A stretch of DNA of 64,000 nucleotides from an uncultured Candidatus Peribacteria bacterium (GTDB taxonomy: Bacteria; Patescibacteriota; Gracilibacteria; CAIRYL01). Position 1 is the first letter of the stretch, and the number at the start of each line of letters is the position of its first letter. Made by a program: the position numbers and the translations under genes. The stretch spans positions 13,558 to 77,557 of the forward strand of contig CAZHIF010000006.1 in the NCBI GenBank assembly GCA_964532505.1. The letters run 5' to 3'. Positions 37,955 to 49,976 of the stretch are shown here, in pieces. Below the pieces are notes generated by a model. The model was not told where the DNA came from. It did not search any database and was given only the letters and a program-made list of their open reading frames with translations.

Positions 37955-39232
37955 TTATTCAGAAAGCATTTTCTTAAAAAACGCTCTGATTTGCAATCGA
38001 TTTTCTATCTGAAACCATCCTTCTTGATTTTTAGCATAATAGCGCTCTTTTTCCTTTCGTTGGTTGGCAGAAACCCGAGAAAGTTCTCGAAAGATTTCAT
38101 CATGTATTTCTGATTCTGGAATGACGATTTTTTCTTCATCCAAAAGCTTTCGAAGCCCAAGTCGTGATTTTACAGTTTTTTCTGCCTGCCCTTTCACTTC
38201 TTCTTTTATCTCTTCGGCTGTTTTTTTCGTTGCTTCGAGATATTTTCCCCAAGGAAGCCCCATCTGCAATCCTTGCATTTTGATGTTGTCAATAATGGTT
38301 TCTTGCTCTTCGGCGATCATAATCAGAGGTAAATCTGCTGTAGTGTTTTCACCAATAGCCTCAAATAACGCCTGTTGTGCAGCGGCATATCCTTCATTCT
38401 TTTTCTTTTTTTCCAAATGTATTTTTATCTCATTTCGAAGATCTGCCACTGTTTCGTCTTTTCCTGTTAGTTTTTTCACAAACGCATCATCCACCTCAGG
38501 AAGCACTTTTTCTTTCACTGCTAGAATTTTCACCGTAAAGAAAAATTCTTTCCCTGCATAATCGGCTGCGTGATAATCGGCTGGAAATGTAATCGGAAAT
38601 GTTTTTTCCTCATCTTTTTTCATATTCAATAGTTCGTCTTCAAACCCTGGAATAAAAGTTCCAGAACCCACTTCAAGAAGATGAAACTCGCTCTGCATTC
38701 CGGGTTGAGAAACTCCTTCGGCATTCTTTCCGTCAAAATTAATCTCGGCAATATCTCCTTTTTCAATCCCTCGAGATACCTCCCGTTCTTCTGAAAGATT
38801 CTTTCGAAACATTTCCACCGCTTCATCAATTTCTTTTTCTTCCACCTTCACCTCTTTCTCTTTGAACTCAGATAACCCTTTAGAAGACACTTTCACTTCT
38901 GGATATACGGGAACAATAAACTGAACCTTCAATGGATCAATACTTTCAACTTTCAGGTTTGGTCGATCCAGCGGAGCAATTTTTTCAGACCGTATCGCAT
39001 TCACATACGCATCATTAATCGCCAAATCAATACATTCTTGTTGAATGGCAGCTTCTCCAATTCGAGATCGGATCAAACTCGCAGGCACATGCCCTTTCCG
39101 AAATCCATCTATTTTTACCTCCGAAGAAAGTTGCTTTATAGCAGCAGCTTCATGTGATTTCACTTCATCGGCTGTAAGCGAAACAGTGAGCACAACGGTG
39201 GAGTGTTCTCCTTTTGTTTTTTGAATATCCAT
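37955..39232 (-). CDS. tig: trigger factor
   Basis: IDGFRKGHVP ribosome-binding motif, central FKBP-type PPIase segment (FIPGFEDEL), helical C-terminal arm. Confidence 0.9.
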   Translation of the reverse strand: MDIQKTKGEHSTVVLTVSLTADEVKSHEAAAIKQLSSEVKIDGFRKGHVPASLIRSRIGEAAIQQECIDLAINDAYVNAIRSEKIAPLDRPNLKVESIDPLKVQFIVPVYPEVKVSSKGLSEFKEKEVKVEEKEIDEAVEMFRKNLSEEREVSRGIEKGDIAEINFDGKNAEGVSQPGMQSEFHLLEVGSGTFIPGFEDELLNMKKDEEKTFPITFPADYHAADYAGKEFFFTVKILAVKEKVLPEVDDAFVKKLTGKDETVADLRNEIKIHLEKKKKNEGYAAAQQALFEAIGENTTADLPLIMIAEEQETIIDNIKMQGLQMGLPWGKYLEATKKTAEEIKEEVKGQAEKTVKSRLGLRKLLDEEKIVIPESEIHDEIFRELSRVSANQRKEKERYYAKNQEGWFQIENRLQIRAFFKKMLSE

Positions 39233-39301
39233 AAAAAAATATAAAAATCGAAAAAAAGTTTACCAAAGAAAAAAGAAAAAAGAAAACTGTATTTCTTAGG
39301 A

Positions 39302-39619
39302 TTATCGGGGGAAATTTTGTAAAAATGCGACCTGTATCATTCCTCCCTCCACATTATACGCATCATATCCTATTTGAGAAAGCGCCTTAGTCACCATTCC
39401 ACTCCGGTTTCCACTTCGGCATAATACATAAATGGGAAAATCTTTTGGTAACTCAGAAAGTCGTGATTCAAGATTCATCATTTCAATATATTTGATGCGC
39501 TCATCATTCCCTAAAGAAGCCTCTTTCCATTCAAATGGAGTGCGCACATCCAGCACTATAAATGAAGAATCACCTGTTGCAAGTCTTTCGAGGAGAGTTG
39601 TTGCAGAAATTGTTTTCAT
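39302..39619 (-). CDS. rhodanese-domain sulfurtransferase
   Basis: LDVRTPFEW, active-site loop CRSGNRS, NVEGGM. ATG 39619 (MKTISAT) preferred. Confidence 0.8.
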   Translation of the reverse strand: MKTISATTLLERLATGDSSFIVLDVRTPFEWKEASLGNDERIKYIEMMNLESRLSELPKDFPIYVLCRSGNRSGMVTKALSQIGYDAYNVEGGMIQVAFLQNFPR

Positions 39620-39678
39620 AGATAAAATAAAAAAAAGACACTGCATAGTAGATGAGCGTCTTTTGCAAAAGCTTCTCT

Positions 39679-39755
39679 TGGTGGAGTGTATCGGAGTCGA
39701 ACCGATGACCTCCTGCGTGCAAAACAGGCGCTCTAGCCAGCTGAGCTAACACCCC
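39679..39755 (-). tRNA. tRNA-Ala (anticodon TGC), CCA encoded
   Basis: Reverse complement GGGGTGTTAGCTCAGCTGGCTAGAGCGCCTGTTTTGCACGCAGGAGGTCATCGGTTCGACTCCGATACACTCCACCA. G3:U70 identity pair present. Confidence 0.9.
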
Positions 39756-39840
39756 AAGATTGTATGCTGGCGGATGGTATCATAGTTTTTGGAAGATATG
39801 CAAGAGAAATTTTCCAAAAACCTATTTACTCTGAAATCCA

Positions 39841-39885
39841 AGAAAAAAACTAAAAACCTCCTAATAACAACATTGAGAGGTTTTT
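39841..39885 (-). terminator. orphan terminator-like hairpin (9-bp stem, 16-nt loop, T-run on minus strand)
   Basis: AAAAACCTC ... GAGGTTTTT; the minus strand continues with AGTTTTTTTCT. No annotated minus-strand gene lies upstream of it. Confidence 0.35.
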
Positions 39886-40028
39886 ATAAAGTACTTTTCA
39901 AAAAATATTATTGTTTGATGCAATAGGGAAAATCAATGTTTTAGGGTCTAGTAGTTATAAATTGCTCTGTACGAACCGAGACAATTCCCAGCCCCAGCAT
40001 ACTTTTTTACAAAAGATTCCATATAAGT

Positions 40029-40112
40029 ATGAAAAAATATTTATTTGTGATCTTTGACAGTCTTTTAAGCGCTTTAATACAGATTATTTCATTGCTTATG
40101 AAAATATTTTAA
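40029..40112 (+). CDS. candidate 27-aa hydrophobic peptide MKKYLFVIFDSLLSALIQIISLLMKIF (speculative)
   Basis: Small ORF in a 436-nt gene-free spacer. Its 3' end overlaps a minus-strand extended -10 element. AT-rich DNA produces such ORFs by chance. Confidence 0.15.
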   Translation: MKKYLFVIFDSLLSALIQIISLLMKIF

Positions 40113-40114
40113 CA
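40106..40114 (-). promoter_or_regulatory. minus-strand extended -10 element TGTTAAAAT (candidate antisense/sRNA promoter)
   Basis: TGnTAAAAT on the minus strand, about 250 nt upstream of the orphan hairpin at 39841..39885. Confidence 0.25.
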
Positions 40115-40191
40115 TAGAAATAAAAAAAAACAACAGGTTATAAAAAGAAAAAAAATTTATGCTAAAAACATAAAAAATTTTTTTATTATCC

Positions 40192-41148
40192 ATGCACATC
40201 CTCATTCTTGCAGGGGGCTTTGCCACACGTTTGTGGCCACTCACCGAAAAAAAAGCAAAACCACTGATTCCCGTGGCAGGAAAACCGCTTATTTCTTTTT
40301 TGGTGGAATCATTACCCGAAACTATTCCCATCACCATTTCTACCAATCAGGTCTTTGCAAAAGATTTTGAAAACTGGAAAGAAGAATTTTTTCCACACCG
40401 AATCATCAATATTTTTGTGGAAGACAGTGTTGGTGAAACTCAAAAAAAAGGCGCATTGGCAGCCGTTTCACTTTTTTTGCAAGATTCAAATCTTTCCGAG
40501 CCACTGATGCTACTAGCAGGAGATAATTATTTTGGGTTTTCAATGCAAACATTTATCGATGCGGCACGTGATACTCCAATCCTCGCCGCATATGATATTA
40601 AAGACCTCAGAGAGGCTAAAAAATTTGGTGTGGTGGTACCAAAAAATGAAAAGCAAGTAAAAGCATTTGAAGAAAAGCCCGAAAAACCCTCTTCTTCACT
40701 AGTTTCCACAGGCGCATATATTTTCCCAGTTTCCACACTGCAGGATATTATCGACTATTCAAAAACCCATGCCGATGATTTGGGAGGGATTTTTGAGTAT
40801 TTTTTGCAACAGGGAAAAGAAGTAGAATATTTCACGTTTTCAGAAGATTGGTTTGATATTGGGAGTTTTCCTGCCTTTATGGAGGCAAATCAGACATTGC
40901 TTATGACTTCTTTGATACATGAAAATGTGCAACAAAAAGGGAAAGTGGAAATGTCTGGTATTTGCATAGTGCAAAAAAACTGCCAGTTAGAAAACGTGGA
41001 ATTGGAAAATTCGATTATTTTGGAAGGATGTGTTATCAAAAACACCACGCTAAAAAATTGCCTTATCTGTGAAGAATGCATCATCGAAAACACCGACATC
41101 ACCAACAAAATGATAAGGTCCGAAAGTGTAGTAATTCGGAAAAAATAG
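40192..41148 (+). CDS. sugar-phosphate nucleotidyltransferase
   Basis: ILAGGFATRLWPLTEKKAKPLIPVAGKPLI nucleotide-binding loop; C-terminal hexapeptide-like repeats. TGCTAAAAA extended -10-like element at 40160..40168. Confidence 0.65.
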   Translation: MHILILAGGFATRLWPLTEKKAKPLIPVAGKPLISFLVESLPETIPITISTNQVFAKDFENWKEEFFPHRIINIFVEDSVGETQKKGALAAVSLFLQDSNLSEPLMLLAGDNYFGFSMQTFIDAARDTPILAAYDIKDLREAKKFGVVVPKNEKQVKAFEEKPEKPSSSLVSTGAYIFPVSTLQDIIDYSKTHADDLGGIFEYFLQQGKEVEYFTFSEDWFDIGSFPAFMEANQTLLMTSLIHENVQQKGKVEMSGICIVQKNCQLENVELENSIILEGCVIKNTTLKNCLICEECIIENTDITNKMIRSESVVIRKK

Positions 41149-41264
41149 AATAAATTACAAATTATACTTTTGTGCTGATTAAAAAGAAGTGAAAAAATCA
41201 ATTTTGTATTTTCTCAAGTCTTGCGCTATCCTTTTCCTAATATTTTTTCAAAAAAAGTAATTCT

Positions 41265-42764
41265 ATGCACGTTCTCATAATTGGTTCTGGGATTGCAGGA
41301 GCTTCCACAGCTTTTCGGTTGTTGGAAGATTCTGCTGTGCATATCACCATTATAACGAGAGGAGAAACAATTCAAGAAAGCAATTCATCACTTGCGCAAG
41401 GAGGAATTGTGATGGTGGGGAGCGAAAACAACGATTCGGTGGCAAGCTTGGAAGAGGATATTTTGCGAGCAGGAGATGAAAAAAATAATCCAAAAGCCGT
41501 GCATTGGCTTGCGACACATGCAACGCCTTTGGTGGAAAAGATATTGAAACAAGGCGCTCAAGTGCTGTTCGACTCTTCTCTTGGGCTTGAAGCAGCACAT
41601 TCGCATTCTCGAGTAGCTCATATAGCAGATCACACTGGGAAATCCATTATGACAGCATTGCTAAATACTCTCAAAAAATCTTCCCGCATCAGATGGAAAA
41701 CAAACTGCACCGCAATTGATCTAATCATGCACCATGATGAGTGCATCGGCGCAATGGTTTTAGAAAATAATAGTATTTCCCAAATATTTGCAGACGCTGT
41801 GGTACTCGCCACTGGTGGCATAGCGCATCTCTACTCGATGACCTCAAACCCAGAAGGAGCGCGAGGAGACGGCATCGCCATGGCGCACCGTGCAGGAGCA
41901 AAGATACAAGATTTGGAATACATCCAATTTCACCCCACGGTCTTGTCTTGTGAAGAAGAAAGAAAACCGCTGATCTCTGAGCGGGTGCGAGGAGAAGGTG
42001 CAATTCTCAAAACGCCAGATACCAAAAAACCATTTATGGAACAATACAATTCAAAATGGAAAGACTTGGCGCCCAGAGACGAAGTGAGTCGTGCGATTTT
42101 TTCTGAAATGCAAGCACATAAATATGATCATGTGCTGCTCGATCTGCATTCTATAATGCCAAAAGAACAAATTATAAAAACTTTTCCGACTATTTATCAA
42201 TCATGTCTTCGATACAAAATTGATATCACCACAGATGATATTCCTGTGGTTCCTGCAGCACACTACACATGCGGAGGTGTGCAGGTTGATCTACACGGAA
42301 AAACGACTCTTCCGCGACTGTATGCTGTGGGAGAAGTGAGCCATACAGGACTTCATGGCGCTAATAGACTCGCCAGTACTTCACTTCTTGAAGGTTTGGT
42401 GTGGGGGTATTTTGCTGCTGAAGATATTTTAAAAATGCCATCAAATACTGATTTCCCGACGCCTCAAAATCCTATCTTTACCGATACGAAACAAACAAAT
42501 TCCTCGGAAAAAAAAGCTCTTTTCCAAAAAATCAAAACCATTTTATGGGAAAAAGTGGGAATTGTGCGCACTTCAAAAGGATTGCAAGATGCTATGCAAG
42601 AACTTTTGGAATTACAAAAAAAAATTGATGCAATGCTGCATAAAGAATTTCTTAGCGATGAAGACATTGGACTCTCCAATGCCATTTTGGTAGCAACGCT
42701 TATTGCTAGATCCGCATTCGAAAATCATGAATCAGCAGGATGTCATTTTTTAGAAAAACATTAA
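41265..42764 (+). CDS. nadB: L-aspartate oxidase
   Basis: FAD motif IIGSGIAGAS, LAQGGI, HYTCGGVQVD, GLHGANRLASTSLLEGLVWG. Confidence 0.85.
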   Translation: MHVLIIGSGIAGASTAFRLLEDSAVHITIITRGETIQESNSSLAQGGIVMVGSENNDSVASLEEDILRAGDEKNNPKAVHWLATHATPLVEKILKQGAQVLFDSSLGLEAAHSHSRVAHIADHTGKSIMTALLNTLKKSSRIRWKTNCTAIDLIMHHDECIGAMVLENNSISQIFADAVVLATGGIAHLYSMTSNPEGARGDGIAMAHRAGAKIQDLEYIQFHPTVLSCEEERKPLISERVRGEGAILKTPDTKKPFMEQYNSKWKDLAPRDEVSRAIFSEMQAHKYDHVLLDLHSIMPKEQIIKTFPTIYQSCLRYKIDITTDDIPVVPAAHYTCGGVQVDLHGKTTLPRLYAVGEVSHTGLHGANRLASTSLLEGLVWGYFAAEDILKMPSNTDFPTPQNPIFTDTKQTNSSEKKALFQKIKTILWEKVGIVRTSKGLQDAMQELLELQKKIDAMLHKEFLSDEDIGLSNAILVATLIARSAFENHESAGCHFLEKH

Positions 42765-44503
42765 TATCTCCCACATTCATTCTCAATTTCCTGAAACAAA
42801 AAGAACGAAGAAACCTTCCGTCCGTGGGCACAGGCATCTGGAGTATCGCATTGTTTCCAATCTTCCACCAAAGCTTCCATTTCTGACTGACTCAAACGGT
42901 CTCCAAATTTTTTTGCACCACGACATGCGGCGTATGAAATAATACGCTGACCAATACCTTGCAGTGCTTTCCCAAATGCAGGATCAAAAAAATCAAGATC
43001 CGCCAACAAAGCTGAAAATAATTTTTCCAATTCGATATGCTCGCTTCCACTCGGAACTGCCGTCACTGCCACTTCATTTCCTCCAAAATCTTCAATAGAA
43101 AACCCAAATGCCTCCAGCTCTGGAAGATTATCGAGCAGCTGCAATTTTTCAGAAGTCGAAAAAGACATGACCACAGGAGTCAAAAGTAATTGAGAAGAGA
43201 TTGTTTTTTGAGCTAATGCTTTTTGATATTGCTCATATCGAACCCTCTCGTGTGCGGCGTGCTGATCGATAATACGAATCCCATTGGATTCTTCCACCAC
43301 AATAAAACTATTTCGAACCTGTCCAATCACTTTCCAAGAATGAGATTCGAGATGGGGCTCCTCCATGGAAAAAAACGGAATCCTTGTACTTATTGGCTTT
43401 AAAGGCACATGATCAACTCTTGGAAATGAATCATTTGAAAACGTGGTAGATTTTTGAACGTGCGGAAGATGGTATGCTGGAGAAACTGCTTTTGGCACAA
43501 CACTATTCCCAAGTGAAGCAGATGTCCTCGAAAGCCCTTTTTCAAGACTTCCCTTGATGATTTGAAAAATTTCTTTAGGATGAGAAAATTTCACCTCTAG
43601 CTTTCTCGGATGCACATTCACATCCACTTGATCGGGGGGAATGGTGAGAGAAAGTACTACCACTGGATGCTTTCCCGAAGGAAGTAATGATTGATAGGCT
43701 TGCTGGATGCACGCACTAAAAATACTATCCCTCTGTATCATCCGACCATTCACAAAGAAAAATTGCTTATCCTTTGTAGATCGATGAAGAGAAGAATGTG
43801 AACAAAAACCCTCAATACGCATATCATTCCCATCATATTGCAAAGGCAAAAGATAGCTGGCAATGTTTTCTCCCAACACTTTTTTACAACGGATGAGAAA
43901 CGGATAGTCAGAAGGGATTAGTGGAAAAGAAAGAATTTCTCGGTGTTCGGTGCGGAGCGTAAAAGACACCAGCGGATGAGAAAGAGCAAATTGTTCTATT
44001 GTTTTGACGATTTCACGAGTTTCTGTTTCTGCTGATTTCATAAATTTTTTTCGTGCTGGCACGTTCCAAAAAAGATTTTCAACAATCGTTTCTGTTCCCA
44101 CTGCGCAACCAATGGGTGTACTTTGATCACCATTTTTTACTTCAATGCCATGCAAATCATTCGCTTGCTTTGTGCGAATGGTACAGTGCGACACAGACGC
44201 GATAGCAGCGATCGCCTCTCCTCGAAATCCAAAGGATGAGAGGGTAAATAAATCATCAGTCGTTGCAATTTTCGACGTTGCATATCGCTGAAAACTCATC
44301 ACCGCATCATCAGGATTCATTCCGCATCCATTATCAATAATCCGAATTTCTTTTAGTCCCCCCTCTTCAATCTGCACGATTATATTCGTTGATCCCGCAT
44401 CAATAGAATTTTCTACTAATTCTTTTACCACACTTGCAGGTCGTTCCACCACTTCCCCTGCGGCAATTTGGTTTTGAAGCGATGGAGGAAGAAGTCGAAT
44501 CAT
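42761..44503 (-). CDS. mutL: DNA mismatch repair endonuclease MutL
   Basis: GHKL motifs ELVENSIDAG and DNGCGM. C-terminal endonuclease motifs DQHAAHERVRYE, ACRGAKK and CAHGR. The start overlaps the atpC stop (ATGA). Confidence 0.9.
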   Translation of the reverse strand: MIRLLPPSLQNQIAAGEVVERPASVVKELVENSIDAGSTNIIVQIEEGGLKEIRIIDNGCGMNPDDAVMSFQRYATSKIATTDDLFTLSSFGFRGEAIAAIASVSHCTIRTKQANDLHGIEVKNGDQSTPIGCAVGTETIVENLFWNVPARKKFMKSAETETREIVKTIEQFALSHPLVSFTLRTEHREILSFPLIPSDYPFLIRCKKVLGENIASYLLPLQYDGNDMRIEGFCSHSSLHRSTKDKQFFFVNGRMIQRDSIFSACIQQAYQSLLPSGKHPVVVLSLTIPPDQVDVNVHPRKLEVKFSHPKEIFQIIKGSLEKGLSRTSASLGNSVVPKAVSPAYHLPHVQKSTTFSNDSFPRVDHVPLKPISTRIPFFSMEEPHLESHSWKVIGQVRNSFIVVEESNGIRIIDQHAAHERVRYEQYQKALAQKTISSQLLLTPVVMSFSTSEKLQLLDNLPELEAFGFSIEDFGGNEVAVTAVPSGSEHIELEKLFSALLADLDFFDPAFGKALQGIGQRIISYAACRGAKKFGDRLSQSEMEALVEDWKQCDTPDACAHGRKVSSFFLFQEIENECGRY

Positions 44504-44940
44504 AATGAATTATATATTCCTCTTCTGGAATAGTGTTTTTTTGCCACTTTCACTCGATAGGTTTCTTTTTCAAGCATTGCCATAAGGGCTGCATAGTCTT
44601 CATCATCATTTATAATTGCTTGATTCCGAAGTTCTTCAGCTCGGGCTTTTGCTGCTTCCGCCATTTCCAAATCAATATCTTCTGCTCGATCAGCACTGTC
44701 TGCCAAAATAGTCAGCACATTATTATGAAACTCTATAAATCCTCCAGAAATAGCAAGAAGTTTTTCCCCTTCTTCTGTTTTTATCAAAATCTCTCCCCCA
44801 TTTTTCAATGCTCCAATATAAGGAATATGATTCGCCAGAAGTGTCACCTCCCCTCGAATCACCGGAAGAGTAGCCTGAAGAACAAGTTCTTCCAGAACTA
44901 GTTTTTCGGGAGTGATGATTTTGAGGGTAAAAAATTTCAT
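44500..44940 (-). CDS. atpC: F1 ATP synthase epsilon subunit
   Basis: Last gene of the atp operon; beta-sandwich plus helical hairpin length (146 aa); ISGGFIE motif. Confidence 0.85.
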   Translation of the reverse strand: MKFFTLKIITPEKLVLEELVLQATLPVIRGEVTLLANHIPYIGALKNGGEILIKTEEGEKLLAISGGFIEFHNNVLTILADSADRAEDIDLEMAEAAKARAEELRNQAIINDDEDYAALMAMLEKETYRVKVAKKHYSRRGIYNSL

Positions 44941-44992
44941 ACTCTACATCAAGCTAAAAGGACTCTCTTATTGCTCGTAATTTGTCATTGAC

Positions 44993-47280
<2,288 letters not shown>

Positions 47281-47283
47281 GAA

Positions 47284-48783
47284 TTATGCGGTAAAAATCT
47301 TGATAAAATCTTCAATAAACTTTTTCAGTTTTTCCTCGGTGCCTTCTGAAATAATCTTCTCATTAGCAATGGCTTGAGCAATCCCAGAATCACTAGCCTG
47401 CAAAGCTTTTATAAATTCTTCTTCAAATCGAACAATATCATTTACAGGAATTGTATCCAGATATCCTCTCGTGAGGGCATAGAGAATCGCTACTTCTTCT
47501 TCGAGCTTGAGCGGAGAATATTGCCCTTGCTTGAGCACTTCTATTCCTCGCTTTCCTCGTTCGAGCAACGCTTTAGTTTTTTCGTCGAGATCTGATCCAA
47601 ACTGTGCAAATGCTTCCATTTCTCGGTATTGCGCCAAATCAAGCCGAAGCCGACTTGCCACTTGTTTCATCGCCTTGGTTTGTGCCGATGATCCTACTCG
47701 AGAAACCGAAAGTCCAACGTTGAGCGCTGGTCGAATTCCTTTGTAGAACAAATCCGACTCAAGATAAATCTGTCCATCGGTAATCGAAATAACATTGGTT
47801 GGAATATAAGCAGACACATCTCCTGCCTGTGTTTCGATGATAGGAAGTGCAGTGATAGACCCTCCTCCATAATTTTCGTTCAGCTTTGCCGCTCGTTCCA
47901 AAAGTCGAGAATGAAGGTAAAACACATCTCCAGGGTACGCTTCTCGTCCTGGTGGTCGCCGTAAGATAAGAGAAATTTGTCGATATGCAACAGCATGTTT
48001 TGAAAGATCATCATATACAATCAGCACATCTTTCCCCTGATCCATTAAATATTCTGCCAGAGCAACTCCTGCATATGGTGCTAAAAATGAAAGTGCTGCG
48101 GGTTCAGAAATACCTGCTGCCACAATTGTAGTGTATTCCATTGCTCCTGCTTTTTCCAATTCTGCCATAATTCGTGCAACTTTTTGCGCTTTTTGCCCAA
48201 TCGCCACATAAATACATGTCATATTTTGCCCTTTTTGATTGATAATGGTATCAATCGCTACGGCTGTTTTTCCTGTCTGTCGATCTCCAATAATCAGCTC
48301 TCGCTGCCCTCGCCCAATAGGAATCAGCGCATCAATTGCTTTAATTCCTGTTTGGACAGGTTGGTGCACTGACTTTCGAGTCATCACCCCTGGAGCTACT
48401 TTTTCCACAGGATATCGTTTTTCCGTTGTAATAACGCCTTTCCCATCAATCGGATCTCCAAGAGCATTGACAACCCGACCAATCATCGACTCCCCCACTG
48501 GAACTGAAAGAATTTCATTGGTTCTGGTTGCAGTGTCTCCTTCTTTCACAGAATCCACATCACTCATCAGCATAACTCCCACTTCACTTTCTTCCAAATT
48601 GAATGCCACCCCAAGTGCTCCAGAAGAGAATTTTACCATTTCCGAAGCCATAACCTCAGAAAGACCTGCCACTCGAGCCACTCCATCTCCCACCTCCAAA
48701 ACAGTTCCTGTCTCTTCCAAAACGGGAGACGACCCAAAGGCGTCAATTTGCTTTTTCAATTCTGAAACCAGTGCGTTTGCCAT
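47284..48783 (-). CDS. atpA: F1 ATP synthase alpha subunit
   Basis: Walker A GDRQTGKT; [26 protein letters not shown]. Confidence 0.95.
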   Translation of the reverse strand: MANALVSELKKQIDAFGSSPVLEETGTVLEVGDGVARVAGLSEVMASEMVKFSSGALGVAFNLEESEVGVMLMSDVDSVKEGDTATRTNEILSVPVGESMIGRVVNALGDPIDGKGVITTEKRYPVEKVAPGVMTRKSVHQPVQTGIKAIDALIPIGRGQRELIIGDRQTGKTAVAIDTIINQKGQNMTCIYVAIGQKAQKVARIMAELEKAGAMEYTTIVAAGISEPAALSFLAPYAGVALAEYLMDQGKDVLIVYDDLSKHAVAYRQISLILRRPPGREAYPGDVFYLHSRLLERAAKLNENYGGGSITALPIIETQAGDVSAYIPTNVISITDGQIYLESDLFYKGIRPALNVGLSVSRVGSSAQTKAMKQVASRLRLDLAQYREMEAFAQFGSDLDEKTKALLERGKRGIEVLKQGQYSPLKLEEEVAILYALTRGYLDTIPVNDIVRFEEEFIKALQASDSGIAQAIANEKIISEGTEEKLKKFIEDFIKIFTA

Positions 48784-48807
48784 ACAAATAATAAGAAATA
48801 CAAAGAA

Positions 48808-49197
48808 TTATAACGAATTTTTAAGCGCTTGCATTTTTTTCTGCACGCTTGCATCCCAGCGTCTTTCGGCTGATGAAATGACAATTCCTCCCACTAGACA
48901 AGCATCTTGCACATATTCACATCGTAGATTTTTCCCCACAAAAAGCGTTTTTGCTTTTTCTTCTACTTGTTTTTTGAGCTCATCAGAAAGAGAAAAAGCA
49001 GAAGTGATGACCACATGACAAATATTCTCTTTTTCATCTTGCAATGCTTGTAATTCTGTGAGTACCGAAGGAAGTAAAGAAAGCTTTTTCTTTCGCTTCA
49101 AAAAAGAAATAGTACGAGAAACCAATGTTTCCACAGAAGACCCTTCTGAGGTCATTTCCATGAGAGTGGATGCCAACTGTCGAGGAGAAAGAATCAT
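48808..49197 (-). CDS. atpH: F1 ATP synthase delta (OSCP) subunit, unusually short (129 aa)
   Basis: Position between atpF and atpA. C-terminal LVGGIVISSAERRWDASVQKKMQAL matches the delta C-terminus. Confidence 0.65.
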   Translation of the reverse strand: MILSPRQLASTLMEMTSEGSSVETLVSRTISFLKRKKKLSLLPSVLTELQALQDEKENICHVVITSAFSLSDELKKQVEEKAKTLFVGKNLRCEYVQDACLVGGIVISSAERRWDASVQKKMQALKNSL

Positions 49198-49203
49198 GAA
49201 AAA

Positions 49204-49689
49204 CTATGAGATAATCTTTTTAATAAGATCAGCGTCTGCTGTGGCGTCCAATTTTTGCTGGATCACTTTTTCCACAGCACTCATCACTACTTCCGAAAGA
49301 TCTTTCTTTGCATCATTCAAAAGTCTTTGTGCATCTTGAATAGACTGAGCACGAGCGTCTTCGATCATTCGAGCGGACTGAGCTTCCGCAAGTTGAAGGG
49401 TTGATTCGGCTTGTTTTTTTGCTTGCTGCATAGCAAGATCAATCACTTTTTTTGCTTCCTTTTGAGCATCAAGCATTATCTGAGCTTCTTGTTCTAAAGC
49501 CTTTTTCAACATTTCTTTTGCCTCCGCAGCATCTTTTATCCCCTGATCAATCTTTGCAGTTCGATCATCAAGAAAAGTGATCATCGGACCATATGCAAAT
49601 TTGTAGAGCACAAAAAGAAGTATTGCGAAGTTGAGTGCTTGAAAAGCAAGCATCCAAAGATTAATCCCCAATTTTGCAAGTGCTTCCAT
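49204..49689 (-). CDS. atpF: Fo ATP synthase b subunit
   Basis: One N-terminal TM helix, then a long charged helix; operon position. Confidence 0.85.
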   Translation of the reverse strand: MEALAKLGINLWMLAFQALNFAILLFVLYKFAYGPMITFLDDRTAKIDQGIKDAAEAKEMLKKALEQEAQIMLDAQKEAKKVIDLAMQQAKKQAESTLQLAEAQSARMIEDARAQSIQDAQRLLNDAKKDLSEVVMSAVEKVIQQKLDATADADLIKKIIS

Positions 49690-49718
49690 AGAACGAAAGT
49701 ATTATAAGTGAATAAGTT

Positions 49719-49976
<258 letters not shown>

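Noticed and set aside
28308-39755. An rRNA operon near tRNA-Ile(GAT) and tRNA-Ala(TGC)
   Set aside because: No 16S, 23S or 5S-like sequence flanks either tRNA. They are 11 kb apart, and each is surrounded by protein genes.
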